Of a stretch of 64,000 bases of DNA, positions 37,393-46,422 are shown one piece after another; positions within the stretch are counted from its first letter, which is position 1, and the number at the start of each line of letters is the position of its first letter. The stretch is from a virus (taxonomy: Duplodnaviria; Caudoviricetes). The notes beneath the pieces are model-generated. The model made no database searches. It saw nothing but the letters and a program-made list of their open reading frames with translations, and was not told the DNA's origin. The position numbers were made by a program, and so were the translations under genes. The stretch is taken from IMG/VR virus record IMGVR_UViG_3300033062_002302; one strand, given 5' to 3'.

Positions 37393-37757
37393 GAAAATAT
37401 AAGGAATTTTTCTATCGTTGCATTTATCTCTTCATTAGTTAAAAGATAAAGATTGTCAAATAATGATAATGTATCGACATCAACATAAACTTCGTCCTTA
37501 GAAGGATCAGATCCGAATGCAATGATGGAATCATTATTATGCCAACTGTAGCTATATTTATCTGTATTTACTATAAATCTTTCGGTTGAATAATTTATAT
37601 AAAACCAATGATATTCATCAGGATCACATTTAATATTATTGAATTTTGGACAAACATTACAACAAAACCATTCATCAAGAACATCTCCTTCTTTATTAAG
37701 ATAATTAGAAAGAGATGATTGACATCTTGGACATTTTGTAATCGTAAAAATAGTCAT
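37389..37757 (-). CDS. CPRC zinc-ribbon / IFS-tail family protein
   Basis: CPRC..CNVCP..ends KFLIFS*. Confidence 0.8.
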   Translation of the reverse strand: MTIFTITKCPRCQSSLSNYLNKEGDVLDEWFCCNVCPKFNNIKCDPDEYHWFYINYSTERFIVNTDKYSYSWHNNDSIIAFGSDPSKDEVYVDVDTLSLFDNLYLLTNEEINATIEKFLIFS

Positions 37758-38047
37758 TTATTAAAATCTGATAATATTTCAGCCGCTTCACAACCCTCCG
37801 CATGAGGGCAATTACTAGAACATTTCTCTTGAATTCCATTTGGCGACCCTGGACATCCGGTACACCATTGACAATTATATAGATTTTTCTTAGTTAAATT
37901 GCTAAGTAATAAATAGGCTCTAACAAGCAATTCTCTAGCATCAACATCTTCCATTTTGCTTGGGTCTAAGATTTTTTGAATAATGTCAACATCGTATTGT
38001 GACAATCGTTCATCTGCAAATATTGCATGTAAATTAATTTTACTCAT
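37754..38047 (-). CDS. Hypothetical Cys-rich protein
   Basis: CQWCTGC..C...CPH...C. Confidence 0.6.
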   Translation of the reverse strand: MSKINLHAIFADERLSQYDVDIIQKILDPSKMEDVDARELLVRAYLLLSNLTKKNLYNCQWCTGCPGSPNGIQEKCSSNCPHAEGCEAAEILSDFNK

Positions 38048-38050
38048 ATT

Positions 38051-38311
38051 TCACCAAAACACGGCTAACTTAATTTGCTCTTCAAACTCTTCTTGAGAGT
38101 CGCAATCTATATATTTACCATGAAAATACCACCATTTAGCGCCTCTGACATATTCAATAGCGGGTCCGTCTAAACGATGGCGTTGACCTCTTTGATAATA
38201 AGATTTGCCTCCATCGATCCATTCAATGGCAGGACCGTCTTCTCGATGAAGTAAATCATTTAAAAAATGTCTTTTATTTCCCCATTTATCTATTTTTATA
38301 CTATTCATCAT
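38051..38311 (-). CDS. HRxDGPA-repeat protein (2 repeats), tail KLAVFW
   Basis: Repeat and tail motifs. Confidence 0.8.
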   Translation of the reverse strand: MMNSIKIDKWGNKRHFLNDLLHREDGPAIEWIDGGKSYYQRGQRHRLDGPAIEYVRGAKWWYFHGKYIDCDSQEEFEEQIKLAVFW

Positions 38312-38317
38312 ATCATG

Positions 38318-38584
38318 CTACCAAAACATTGCTAACTTAATTTCGTCTTCGAATTCTTCTTGAGTTTTACAATTTATTTGTTTACCATGAAAATACCAAT
38401 ATTTAGCTCCAGTATGCCATTCAAGGGCAGGACCATCTAAACGATGACGCCTCCCATATTGAAACCACTCTTTGGATCCGCTGACATGTTCAATAGCAGG
38501 TCCATCATCTCGATGATATTCATAGTTTAGATAATAAAATCTATGTCCATATTCATCTATATATAATCCATTTTTAATTCTCAT
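38318..38584 (-). CDS. HRxDGPA-repeat protein (2 repeats), tail KLAMFW
   Basis: Start at ATG 38584, 5 nt after upstream stop. Confidence 0.8.
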   Translation of the reverse strand: MRIKNGLYIDEYGHRFYYLNYEYHRDDGPAIEHVSGSKEWFQYGRRHRLDGPALEWHTGAKYWYFHGKQINCKTQEEFEDEIKLAMFW

Positions 38585-38589
38585 AATAG

Positions 38590-38928
38590 TCACCAAAACA
38601 TTGCTAATTTAGGATTAATTATAGCTAAAAATTCTTCTTGAGATTTACAATCTATAGGCTTGCCATGAAAATGCCAACTTCCAACTCCATTAGAGTATTC
38701 GCAAGCTGGTCCATCTTCTCTATGACGTTTTCCATCTTGATACCACTCTTTAGTCCCGCCACTATATTCAATGGCAGGACCATCTTCTCGATGAAGTTTG
38801 CCGTATTGAAACCAACATTTAGTGCCATCATTGTATTCAATGGCAGGTCCATCTAATCTGTGAAATAGATTGTTGAGATAGTATTTTTTATCTCCAAAGT
38901 GATTAGTTATTATTATATCTTGAATCAT
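38590..38928 (-). CDS. HRxDGPA-repeat protein (3 repeats), tail NPKLAMFW
   Basis: Repeat and tail motifs. Confidence 0.8.
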   Translation of the reverse strand: MIQDIIITNHFGDKKYYLNNLFHRLDGPAIEYNDGTKCWFQYGKLHREDGPAIEYSGGTKEWYQDGKRHREDGPACEYSNGVGSWHFHGKPIDCKSQEEFLAIINPKLAMFW

Positions 38929-38929
38929 A

Positions 38930-39775
38930 TTAGACTGATACCGGAACTTTAATTAAAGTCCCAGGATTATAATTCTGAATATCAAAATCATTAAGAGTAT
39001 AACTAAATATATTTTTCGCTTTATTCAAAATAAGTTTGGGAGAATCAATAATAGGTCTTGCCAAGTATTCTTGGGCGGCATCTAATTGATTAACGTAGAC
39101 ATGAGCGGAACCAACATGATGAACTAATTCATATGGCTTATATCCGGTTTCATGACCAATCATATATAATAAGGCAGAATAAAAATAAACATTTGCCGAG
39201 ACGCCAGGAAGCCAATCTCCGGAACGCTGAGTTAATATTCCAGTCATTCTATCTTTGCTATCAACCAAGACTTGAAAAGCATAATGGCACGTTGGCAATT
39301 TTACTTTATCCGAAGTCATAACTTCAGGATTCCATAAATTAATTAATGCTCTCCGAGATTGTTTATTTGTTTTTAATTCATTAACTAAATAAGAAACCTG
39401 ATCAAATCCTGTTCCTGGAACTTTATATTGTCCATTATAATTTCGGAATGAATTTCCATAAATTGGACCAAGGTCTCCATCTTCATACCCATTTCGTTTT
39501 TCAAATTCAGGATCTCTCCAGAAGTCCCATATCTTAGACCCTAAAGCATTAAGATCATTAATGTTTGTTGAACCTGACAGCATCCAAAGAAGTTCAGCGA
39601 AGATGGATTTATAAAAGACTTTTCGTCTTGTAGGAATTGGGAAATGTTCATCTATACGATATCGACATTGAACTCCGGCAAGAGATAATGTATCGGTCCC
39701 TGTTCTATTAGAAGAAAGATCTCCGTCGAAGATGATTTTCTCTAAAATCTTATCGTAATCATTTAAGATGTACAT
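38930..39775 (-). CDS. thyA: Thymidylate synthase
   Basis: NRTGT, ELLWMLSG, LGPIYG, SRR, LPTCH, QRSGD, AHVY. Confidence 0.92.
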   Translation of the reverse strand: MYILNDYDKILEKIIFDGDLSSNRTGTDTLSLAGVQCRYRIDEHFPIPTRRKVFYKSIFAELLWMLSGSTNINDLNALGSKIWDFWRDPEFEKRNGYEDGDLGPIYGNSFRNYNGQYKVPGTGFDQVSYLVNELKTNKQSRRALINLWNPEVMTSDKVKLPTCHYAFQVLVDSKDRMTGILTQRSGDWLPGVSANVYFYSALLYMIGHETGYKPYELVHHVGSAHVYVNQLDAAQEYLARPIIDSPKLILNKAKNIFSYTLNDFDIQNYNPGTLIKVPVSV

Positions 39776-39808
39776 ACAATTCCTTAATTAAACTGTTATT
39801 CGTAACAA

Positions 39809-40069
39809 TTACCAAAACATCGCCAATTTGATTTGTTCTTCAAATTCTTCTTGAGATTTACAATTTATTTCTTTGCCATGAAAGAACCAAAATTTATTTC
39901 CATTATTCCATTCAATAGCAGGACCATCTAATCGATGGAGAAGATCATTCTGAAACCACTCTTTATGTCCATCAATAAACTCTATTGCCGGACCATCTTC
40001 TCGATGATAAAGATCGTTTAAATAATATATTTTAGTACCAAACTTATCTATAAACAAACCATTTTCCAT
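39809..40069 (-). CDS. HRxDGPA-repeat protein (2 repeats), tail KLAMFW
   Basis: Start at ATG 40069, 5 nt after upstream stop. Confidence 0.8.
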   Translation of the reverse strand: MENGLFIDKFGTKIYYLNDLYHREDGPAIEFIDGHKEWFQNDLLHRLDGPAIEWNNGNKFWFFHGKEINCKSQEEFEEQIKLAMFW

Positions 40070-40074
40070 AAAGA

Positions 40075-40335
40075 TCACCAGAACATTGCCAGCTTAATTT
40101 TGTCTTCAAATTCTTTTTGAGACGAACAATCTATTTCTTTACCATGAAAGTACCAATATTTATCTCCATTGGAAAATTCCATAGCTGGTCCATCTAGCCT
40201 ATGAAATTCACCATTTTGATACCATGATTTTCCTCCATTGAGATATTCGATAGCCGGACCATCTTCTCGATGATAGTTGTCATTTAAATAATATATTTTA
40301 GTTCCACCTGAATCTACAAATAATCCATTTTTCAT
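40075..40335 (-). CDS. HRxDGPA-repeat protein (2 repeats), tail KLAMFW
   Basis: Start at ATG 40335, 5 nt after upstream stop. Confidence 0.8.
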   Translation of the reverse strand: MKNGLFVDSGGTKIYYLNDNYHREDGPAIEYLNGGKSWYQNGEFHRLDGPAMEFSNGDKYWYFHGKEIDCSSQKEFEDKIKLAMFW

Positions 40336-40340
40336 ATCAA

Positions 40341-40739
40341 TCACCAGAACATCGCTAACTTAATTTGTTCTTCAAATTTTTCTTGAGAAGAACAATCTAT
40401 TTTTTCATCATGAAACCACCATTCTTTGTGTCCATCATAATATTCAACAGCTGGACCATCTAACCGATGAAGCTTGTCATTTTGACACCAGAATTTAGAT
40501 CCACTAGCCAATTCAATAGCTGGTCCATCTATTCTGTGGCGCTGACCATGTTGATGCCATTCTTTACATGCTAATATGTAATTTACCGCAGGACCATCGT
40601 TTCTATGAAGGCGATTATTAGAATCATAATATGCTATACGGCAATCATTATAACAAATGTAGCCATCCTTAATAGGAAGACCATTTTTATTATTTAATAT
40701 AATATTTCTAAATAATAATTTGACTTCATTCCAAAACAT
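40341..40739 (-). CDS. HRxDGPA-repeat protein (3 repeats), tail KLAMFW
   Basis: Start taken at ATG 40739 (MFWNEV), 1 nt after upstream stop. Confidence 0.75.
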   Translation of the reverse strand: MFWNEVKLLFRNIILNNKNGLPIKDGYICYNDCRIAYYDSNNRLHRNDGPAVNYILACKEWHQHGQRHRIDGPAIELASGSKFWCQNDKLHRLDGPAVEYYDGHKEWWFHDEKIDCSSQEKFEEQIKLAMFW

Positions 40740-40740
40740 A

Positions 40741-42927
40741 TTACGTAATTCTTTTAACGCTATGAGGATGAGATTCAATTAATCCAGCATTTGTCACTCT
40801 GACGAAAACTGGGTTTTCTTTTAGCTCTGTTAAATTATGCGCGCCTTGATAAGAACAGCCGCTTTTTAAGCCTTGCAAAAGTTTTTCTACAATCTCTGAA
40901 GCTGGACCTTTTGGCTCTACGACTGCTTTGACTCCTTCAACATGACTATCTTTATGAGTAGAGCTGCCTTCATAATTTTTATAAAGTTTTCCATCAATCA
41001 TAATATCTTGGCATGGAGCATCACAAGATCCAGCAAAAAGGCTGCCTGCCATAACCAAATCAGCAAAAGCAAGACATTTAACTAAATCTGAAGCATATCG
41101 AATTCCACCATCAGCGATAAAGGCAACATCTTTATAAGAGAAGAATTCTTTCTTATAAGAAGACACTTCCATGAGAGCAGATAATTGCCCATTACCAGCA
41201 CCAGCTTCAACTCTAGTTGAACATGTGGAATTATGAACAATCATGTTATTAGCAATAAAACTATGCGTGTCACAATCTACAGTAAGATCATAAGTTTCCA
41301 TTGAAACATCATCTTCTTTATATTCTAAATTTTTTACTATATAAAAATCATTTGTTAGTCGCCATTCTGGTCTAGCTAAGGTTCTGCTTATATAAGCATC
41401 ATGTTTTCCATTTATTTTACCAACAGCTTTTCCTCTGTTTAAATTATTTGGCATATATCCAAATAATTTAAAATTAATTATATTAAATAACTCTATGACT
41501 TTGCCAGAGGTATTACATAATGATTTTCTTTTATCGGTTTCTGAATCGGAATAATGACCATCACTATCTAACAAACCATCATATAATCCATTTAAATAAT
41601 CTTTATTATTTACAAATAAATTATCAGGCAAATGTTTTTTTTCTTTTTTACCAAATGAAAAAAGAAAATCAGATAATGGCTTGTAGTAAAAAGTTACTTT
41701 GAACATATTTGATGTTTCTATAATTTTAGGTTTTTTATTAAAAATTTTCTCAATGCAATTAATAAGTTTATCAACTACATCCATTTCATTTTTTCCAAAA
41801 TACCAAGTAACAGCTCCAATACGAGAATTATTTTTTTTATATAAAACAGAGTGTGCGCATCCATCTCCCAAAAATGTTCCAAATAAATATCCGGACTCAT
41901 AATTTGGGATGATAACAGAATCTTCTTGATAGGAATGGTTACTTGTTTCAAATTTAGGCATATGAAATCTTTTTTTCAAAGATATTTTGAATGTTTCAGG
42001 CATTTCAAAATCAATTTTATTGGGGAATAAAAATACTGTTTTTTCAGATTCACAAACTGATTTCCATTTATATTTTGATTTTTTTGGAATTGTCTTAGAC
42101 CTAACGTCTAGTAATTTTTTATAGCCATGCGCGCCTAAACTTGCTTTAGATGTGCTTGATAAATCTCCAACGTAGAATTCATGCTCTGGCGTCACAAATG
42201 TATTTTTATAAAAAGAGTTATTTTTCAATTCTGCAACTTTTTTTATTCCAGTGCTAAAAGAGTTTAATACTTTAACAGGCTTGCCGTTTTTATTAATGAC
42301 ATAATCTCCTACAAGAACATCTTCGATATTTTTATATTGCCCATTAGACATTAATATTCTTGTTCCAGCAGCAAAACATCCCGAGCCCACTCCGACTTTT
42401 ACTATATCTGCCCCAGATTCCCACAAAAACTTCGCTCCATAGCCAGTTGCAACATTCCCAGCAATTAATAAGACGTCAGGATATGTCTCAGCGACATATC
42501 GAGTCATATCACCAGCCAATTTAGAATGACCATGAGCAACATCAATGCAAACAATTTTAACGCCTAGTTTAATAAATTTATCTAAATTAGACTTATCCTC
42601 TTCTTTAACTCCAATTGAAACTCCAACATAATCTAAAGGATTAGCGACTTTTTTTATATTTCTTCTTAATAGAGTTTCGATTAAATCGAACTGGTCTTCT
42701 ATTGGCATAAAGCGATGAATTAAAGCTAAGCTTTTCATTTTAAACATAGCTTCAGCCATATCATACCCGGTAATAGCTGACATGTTCGCCGGAACAATTG
42801 GATGACTAACTTTAAACCCTTTGGGCAATTTAACGCTGACATCTACCTGAGAGCGACTCTCGACTTCAGAATATTGGGGCTTAAGCAAAACATCATCAAA
42901 TGATAAAGACTCTTCAAATTTCAACAT
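40741..42927 (-). CDS. GMP reductase / IMP dehydrogenase family enzyme (no CBS domains), intein-containing
   Basis: SFDDVLL, PANM, IHRF, DVAHGH, AGNVAT, GVGSG|STCSTR, ADGGI, short flap YEGSS..VEG more like GMPR. Confidence 0.88.
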   Translation of the reverse strand: MLKFEESLSFDDVLLKPQYSEVESRSQVDVSVKLPKGFKVSHPIVPANMSAITGYDMAEAMFKMKSLALIHRFMPIEDQFDLIETLLRRNIKKVANPLDYVGVSIGVKEEDKSNLDKFIKLGVKIVCIDVAHGHSKLAGDMTRYVAETYPDVLLIAGNVATGYGAKFLWESGADIVKVGVGSGCFAAGTRILMSNGQYKNIEDVLVGDYVINKNGKPVKVLNSFSTGIKKVAELKNNSFYKNTFVTPEHEFYVGDLSSTSKASLGAHGYKKLLDVRSKTIPKKSKYKWKSVCESEKTVFLFPNKIDFEMPETFKISLKKRFHMPKFETSNHSYQEDSVIIPNYESGYLFGTFLGDGCAHSVLYKKNNSRIGAVTWYFGKNEMDVVDKLINCIEKIFNKKPKIIETSNMFKVTFYYKPLSDFLFSFGKKEKKHLPDNLFVNNKDYLNGLYDGLLDSDGHYSDSETDKRKSLCNTSGKVIELFNIINFKLFGYMPNNLNRGKAVGKINGKHDAYISRTLARPEWRLTNDFYIVKNLEYKEDDVSMETYDLTVDCDTHSFIANNMIVHNSTCSTRVEAGAGNGQLSALMEVSSYKKEFFSYKDVAFIADGGIRYASDLVKCLAFADLVMAGSLFAGSCDAPCQDIMIDGKLYKNYEGSSTHKDSHVEGVKAVVEPKGPASEIVEKLLQGLKSGCSYQGAHNLTELKENPVFVRVTNAGLIESHPHSVKRIT
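41230..42378 (-). mobile_element. Intein with LAGLIDADG endonuclease in GMPR/IMPDH (383 aa)
   Basis: Starts CFAAGT, VTPEH, motifs FGTFLGDG and YDGLLDSDG, ends IVHN|S two residues before the catalytic Cys. Confidence 0.92.
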
Positions 42928-42996
42928 TGTATCCTTTTTGTTTTAAATGCATTAAAATATTATTACTCGTTTTGTATAGTATTGAAGGAAGATTTT

Positions 42997-43905
42997 ATGT
43001 CAATATTTTCAGCAATTAGCAATTTAATTAATAAAATTACCGGAGAAAAACCTGTCGAATGCCAACCTACAAAAGAGGAGGAGGTCCATTTGCCAGAACC
43101 ATTAGTTCAAGCTTCTGTGCCACCCTCATTTGGTCCAGTTTTTCCAGAGCGAGCTTCTGACGCTGTTTCGGGCTCAACCTTTGCCAATTCTATTATAACC
43201 TTCCCTGCCAATCAGACAAGAGAAAATCTTATTTTTAAAGAATTCACGAGCGGAAATATTCCGGACTTCTTTAAAAACTTTGTTGAATTAAGTATTACTC
43301 TTAATAATTATAAAATAAAATATTTGGTTTCTCCAGATTACATTTCAATTGGTAATGATCAAGATTTTATTAGAATGCCATTGAGCCCATTAACCTATCA
43401 AAAAATAGCTAATGAGTATGGGTGTTCTTTGCCAACCAGAAAAATGGTTAATCAAATTTGGAGCGCTGCCTCGGTCAAACTAGAGCCATCTCCTAATGGT
43501 CCACCATATGACGCAACGATGATGGGCGTTGCCGCAGCTATTAAAAACAATGCCAAGATAGAGAAGCTTCGAAGCGCTCATCCTCTTGGCAAGTTAGTTG
43601 CAGGACATAAGAAAGATGTCGTTTTAACTAAAGAGTTAGTGACTAAGAAAAATAAAGTTGCTATTTATGGTTGGTTTTATTCAAACGGAAAGGTTATTCA
43701 AAATTTGAATAGTCAAGATCATGATGCATCTTATTCTGATTATTCGCATGGAGGACGATTAATATACCGTAAAGTTTTTATTAACGATCAAGAATGTGAT
43801 CTTTATGATGTCATGAAAGACAAGACTTTATCTTATTTGGTTAGCGACGAAGGTCCATTTGATCCGGAAAATATTTATGAAAATAAGATTAGCTCTTCAA
43901 TGTAA
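42997..43905 (+). CDS. Hypothetical enzyme-like protein
   Basis: ATG 42997 with SD AAGGA; conserved-looking motifs PDYISIG, GHKKDVV, AIYGW, DYSHG. Confidence 0.6.
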   Translation: MSIFSAISNLINKITGEKPVECQPTKEEEVHLPEPLVQASVPPSFGPVFPERASDAVSGSTFANSIITFPANQTRENLIFKEFTSGNIPDFFKNFVELSITLNNYKIKYLVSPDYISIGNDQDFIRMPLSPLTYQKIANEYGCSLPTRKMVNQIWSAASVKLEPSPNGPPYDATMMGVAAAIKNNAKIEKLRSAHPLGKLVAGHKKDVVLTKELVTKKNKVAIYGWFYSNGKVIQNLNSQDHDASYSDYSHGGRLIYRKVFINDQECDLYDVMKDKTLSYLVSDEGPFDPENIYENKISSSM

Positions 43906-44228
43906 TTATTAATTTCTTTCTCTTTTAGAGAATAAAGGGGAGGGATATTTGAAAGTATTATTTTCATTTCATCTTGAGATTTACTCAAATATGAAACTAT
44001 CAGATAATTTTCGTGCTGTATAATTCTAAATACTGATGAGTTTATCAAGTAAGTCCAATTTCTAAAGAAAGGATCGGAATCATTTATATAAATGAATGAT
44101 GTTTTATCTCCCATGCTATCTATTAATAATGGAATTACACAGTTATTACATCGTAAATAATAATTTGCTTTTGATAAGGGAATTTTGCATCTAGGACAAT
44201 CTTTAAAATTTAATTCACTTGTGTTCAT
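43875..44228 (-). CDS. CPRC zinc-ribbon / IFS-tail family protein
   Basis: CPRC..CNNC..ends ELILFS*. Confidence 0.8.
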   Translation of the reverse strand: MNTSELNFKDCPRCKIPLSKANYYLRCNNCVIPLLIDSMGDKTSFIYINDSDPFFRNWTYLINSSVFRIIQHENYLIVSYLSKSQDEMKIILSNIPPLYSLKEKEINNYIEELILFS

Positions 44229-44563
44229 GAAAATAATATAATTTGATTGATGTATTGATTTATTTCAATATCAGATAATAGATGAAGATTGGGATAATTT
44301 TTTATTTCAAATGGCATTTGAAAATATAGCTGATTATTTTTTGAAGGCGAAGAAATGGTAATTTTATCTTTATAAATGTGAAGATGGAATTTGTCGTTGG
44401 ACAAAGCAATTGCTGCCTGAAAAATGGATGGTTCAATTTCGTTAATTACATATAGCCAAGAAACGCCGTTAATTGTAGGGCAAGTCCAGCATGAACTATA
44501 AATGCCATCCATATCTAATGGATGTTTACATCTAGGACATTGTATTAAATTATAATAATTCAT
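44225..44563 (-). CDS. CPRC zinc-ribbon / IFS-tail family protein
   Basis: CPRC..CWTCP..ends QIILFS*. Confidence 0.8.
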   Translation of the reverse strand: MNYYNLIQCPRCKHPLDMDGIYSSCWTCPTINGVSWLYVINEIEPSIFQAAIALSNDKFHLHIYKDKITISSPSKNNQLYFQMPFEIKNYPNLHLLSDIEINQYINQIILFS

Positions 44564-44890
44564 CTACAAAAATAACAACAATCGCTCTATTGTTTTATTA
44601 ATTTGTTCATTTGAAAGGAGGTAGATGTCCTCTAAACTATTTGTTTCTAGAATTAGAGACTCACGTAGGTATTTTTTTATAAATATACTAGCTTTGTTTT
44701 GAGATACTTCAATTATAAACTTATCTGTTTGAACTTCATAACTTTCCCATGAAAGTTTCATTCTTATCCAAGATCCACTACCTTTATAACGAGTGCAAAA
44801 ATCATAATCACAATATGATTGATTTAATACGAATGACCATTTAAAAATATTATGGCACCGTGGGCAATGTGTAATTTGTTTAAAAATCAT
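44564..44890 (-). CDS. CPRC zinc-ribbon / IFS-tail family protein
   Basis: CPRC..CDYDFC..ends RLLLFL*. Confidence 0.8.
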   Translation of the reverse strand: MIFKQITHCPRCHNIFKWSFVLNQSYCDYDFCTRYKGSGSWIRMKLSWESYEVQTDKFIIEVSQNKASIFIKKYLRESLILETNSLEDIYLLSNEQINKTIERLLLFL

Positions 44891-45222
44891 TGAAAGATAA
44901 GAAGCTGCTCAACATAGCTATTGATTTCTTCATCCTCAAGAAAAGGAAGTTCTGTAATATCAATATTTTTTAATGCAGACTGAATGCTATATCCCCTATT
45001 TGTAATGTAAGTTTCTTCAAAATGATATTCAATTCTATATTTCGAAGAAAATAGAACAAAAACCCAATCACTATCATAGTTGTAGTTTTTATTTATATAA
45101 AGAAAATTTTCTGGACTATTATCAATCCAATAATAAACAAAGCAATTATTACATGTTAAAGACCGGTAAGTCATCTCTTCACGCATTGGAGCATGACATC
45201 TTGGACAATCAATTTTTATCAT
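44887..45222 (-). CDS. CPRC zinc-ribbon / IFS-tail family protein
   Basis: CPRC..CNNC..ends QLLIFQ*. Confidence 0.8.
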   Translation of the reverse strand: MIKIDCPRCHAPMREEMTYRSLTCNNCFVYYWIDNSPENFLYINKNYNYDSDWVFVLFSSKYRIEYHFEETYITNRGYSIQSALKNIDITELPFLEDEEINSYVEQLLIFQ

Positions 45223-45533
45223 TATGAAAATATCACTAATGCATCTATATAATCATAAATATGATCGTGAGTCATTAAGCTTAAATTAGGATGCTCAATT
45301 CCTTCAAGCGCAATAATTTCTAGATAATCATTAAACAATATTATCTTACCAAGACAATCAATTCTAATTGAATATTTAGAAGTGGTTATTTCGTAACTTT
45401 TGTCTGAAGTATTTATTACAAGCCAATTTCTGTATCTTATTGTCGGGCAATAAAGGCACCATCTAAATCCATAACCTTCATGTATTTGATTTAAACAACG
45501 AGGGCATTTAGTTAAACTAACTATCTCAAGCAT
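45222..45533 (-). CDS. CPRC zinc-ribbon / IFS-tail family protein
   Basis: CPRC..CLYCP..ends ALVIFS*. Confidence 0.8.
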   Translation of the reverse strand: MLEIVSLTKCPRCLNQIHEGYGFRWCLYCPTIRYRNWLVINTSDKSYEITTSKYSIRIDCLGKIILFNDYLEIIALEGIEHPNLSLMTHDHIYDYIDALVIFS

Positions 45534-45534
45534 A

Positions 45535-45759
45535 TTAGCCTTGTTTTATTCTTCTAACAATTCTTCCTTGAGTAGTATCATACTCTGACACTTCAATCGT
45601 AACTATATCTCCAACTAAAATTCTAATGGCGTTCTGTCTAATTTTACCACTCAGAGTACATAAGACGCTATAGTTTTCTGCAACGTAAACTTTAAATTTA
45701 CCTTTTGCTTCATCTAAGACTTGACCTTCAAACTCTAGTCGCGTTCTCTTTTCATTCAT
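45535..45759 (-). CDS. infA: Translation initiation factor IF-1
   Basis: EFEGQV..FKV..LSGKIRQNAIRILVGDIVTIEVSEYDTTQGRIVRR. Confidence 0.92.
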   Translation of the reverse strand: MNEKRTRLEFEGQVLDEAKGKFKVYVAENYSVLCTLSGKIRQNAIRILVGDIVTIEVSEYDTTQGRIVRRIKQG

Positions 45760-45768
45760 AATACTAAT

Positions 45769-46422
45769 TTAAACTCCTAATTTTAAAATATCAAATGTTG
45801 GTTCAGAGATGTCTCGAATCAATCGAACCATCTCCGGGCAGGCAGGCATGGAAGATAAGAATCCCCTGCTTCTTTTGCAAGGGTACGGTTTGTTTTTTAA
45901 TTTTACTTCAACAAATCTCTTCAAATCCAAATTTTGGAAAATTAGTTTCAGGAAGTTCAAACCGAGATATGTTGTCGGAATCTTTGTCCATTGCCCAAAT
46001 AAAAGACAATAGCTCCTAAAGAAACCGTCTAGACCCAAGAAAGTCATAATAGTATGATCTTCTAATAAGTCTTCATCTTTACCAAAGATGAAGAAGGCGA
46101 ATTTGCTAATTTTAGCTATTTTATAAATAGGAAGATTTTCATAAATATCTGTTTTAACTAACAAAGATTTATCTAAGTTAATATTATTATTGCTAATACT
46201 AACTTTCTTTTTAATTATTTCTAATGTATTTCCGTTTTCATCAACCCATTTGCTATGAAATTTAATTTTCTTATTATATTCCTTATAGATAATATCATAA
46301 GGTTTCATTCGACAAGAACGAATGATAAAATCAATAGACGGATCTTCTAAGTAAGCCGATGTTAAAGCAATACTTTTATCGAAGGTAAGGTAGAATTTAT
46401 CAACTGATTTGGTTTGATTCAT
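45769..46422 (-). CDS. Hypothetical protein
   Basis: 217 aa ORF in operon, ATGA overlap. Confidence 0.6.
   Translation of the reverse strand: MNQTKSVDKFYLTFDKSIALTSAYLEDPSIDFIIRSCRMKPYDIIYKEYNKKIKFHSKWVDENGNTLEIIKKKVSISNNNINLDKSLLVKTDIYENLPIYKIAKISKFAFFIFGKDEDLLEDHTIMTFLGLDGFFRSYCLLFGQWTKIPTTYLGLNFLKLIFQNLDLKRFVEVKLKNKPYPCKRSRGFLSSMPACPEMVRLIRDISEPTFDILKLGV

Noticed and set aside
38930-39775. ThyA as a dCMP/dUMP hydroxymethylase
   Set aside because: Motifs are somewhat divergent (DWLPGVSAN, GSAHVY) but the Asn specificity residue is kept, and folA and dut are present, fitting ordinary dTMP synthesis
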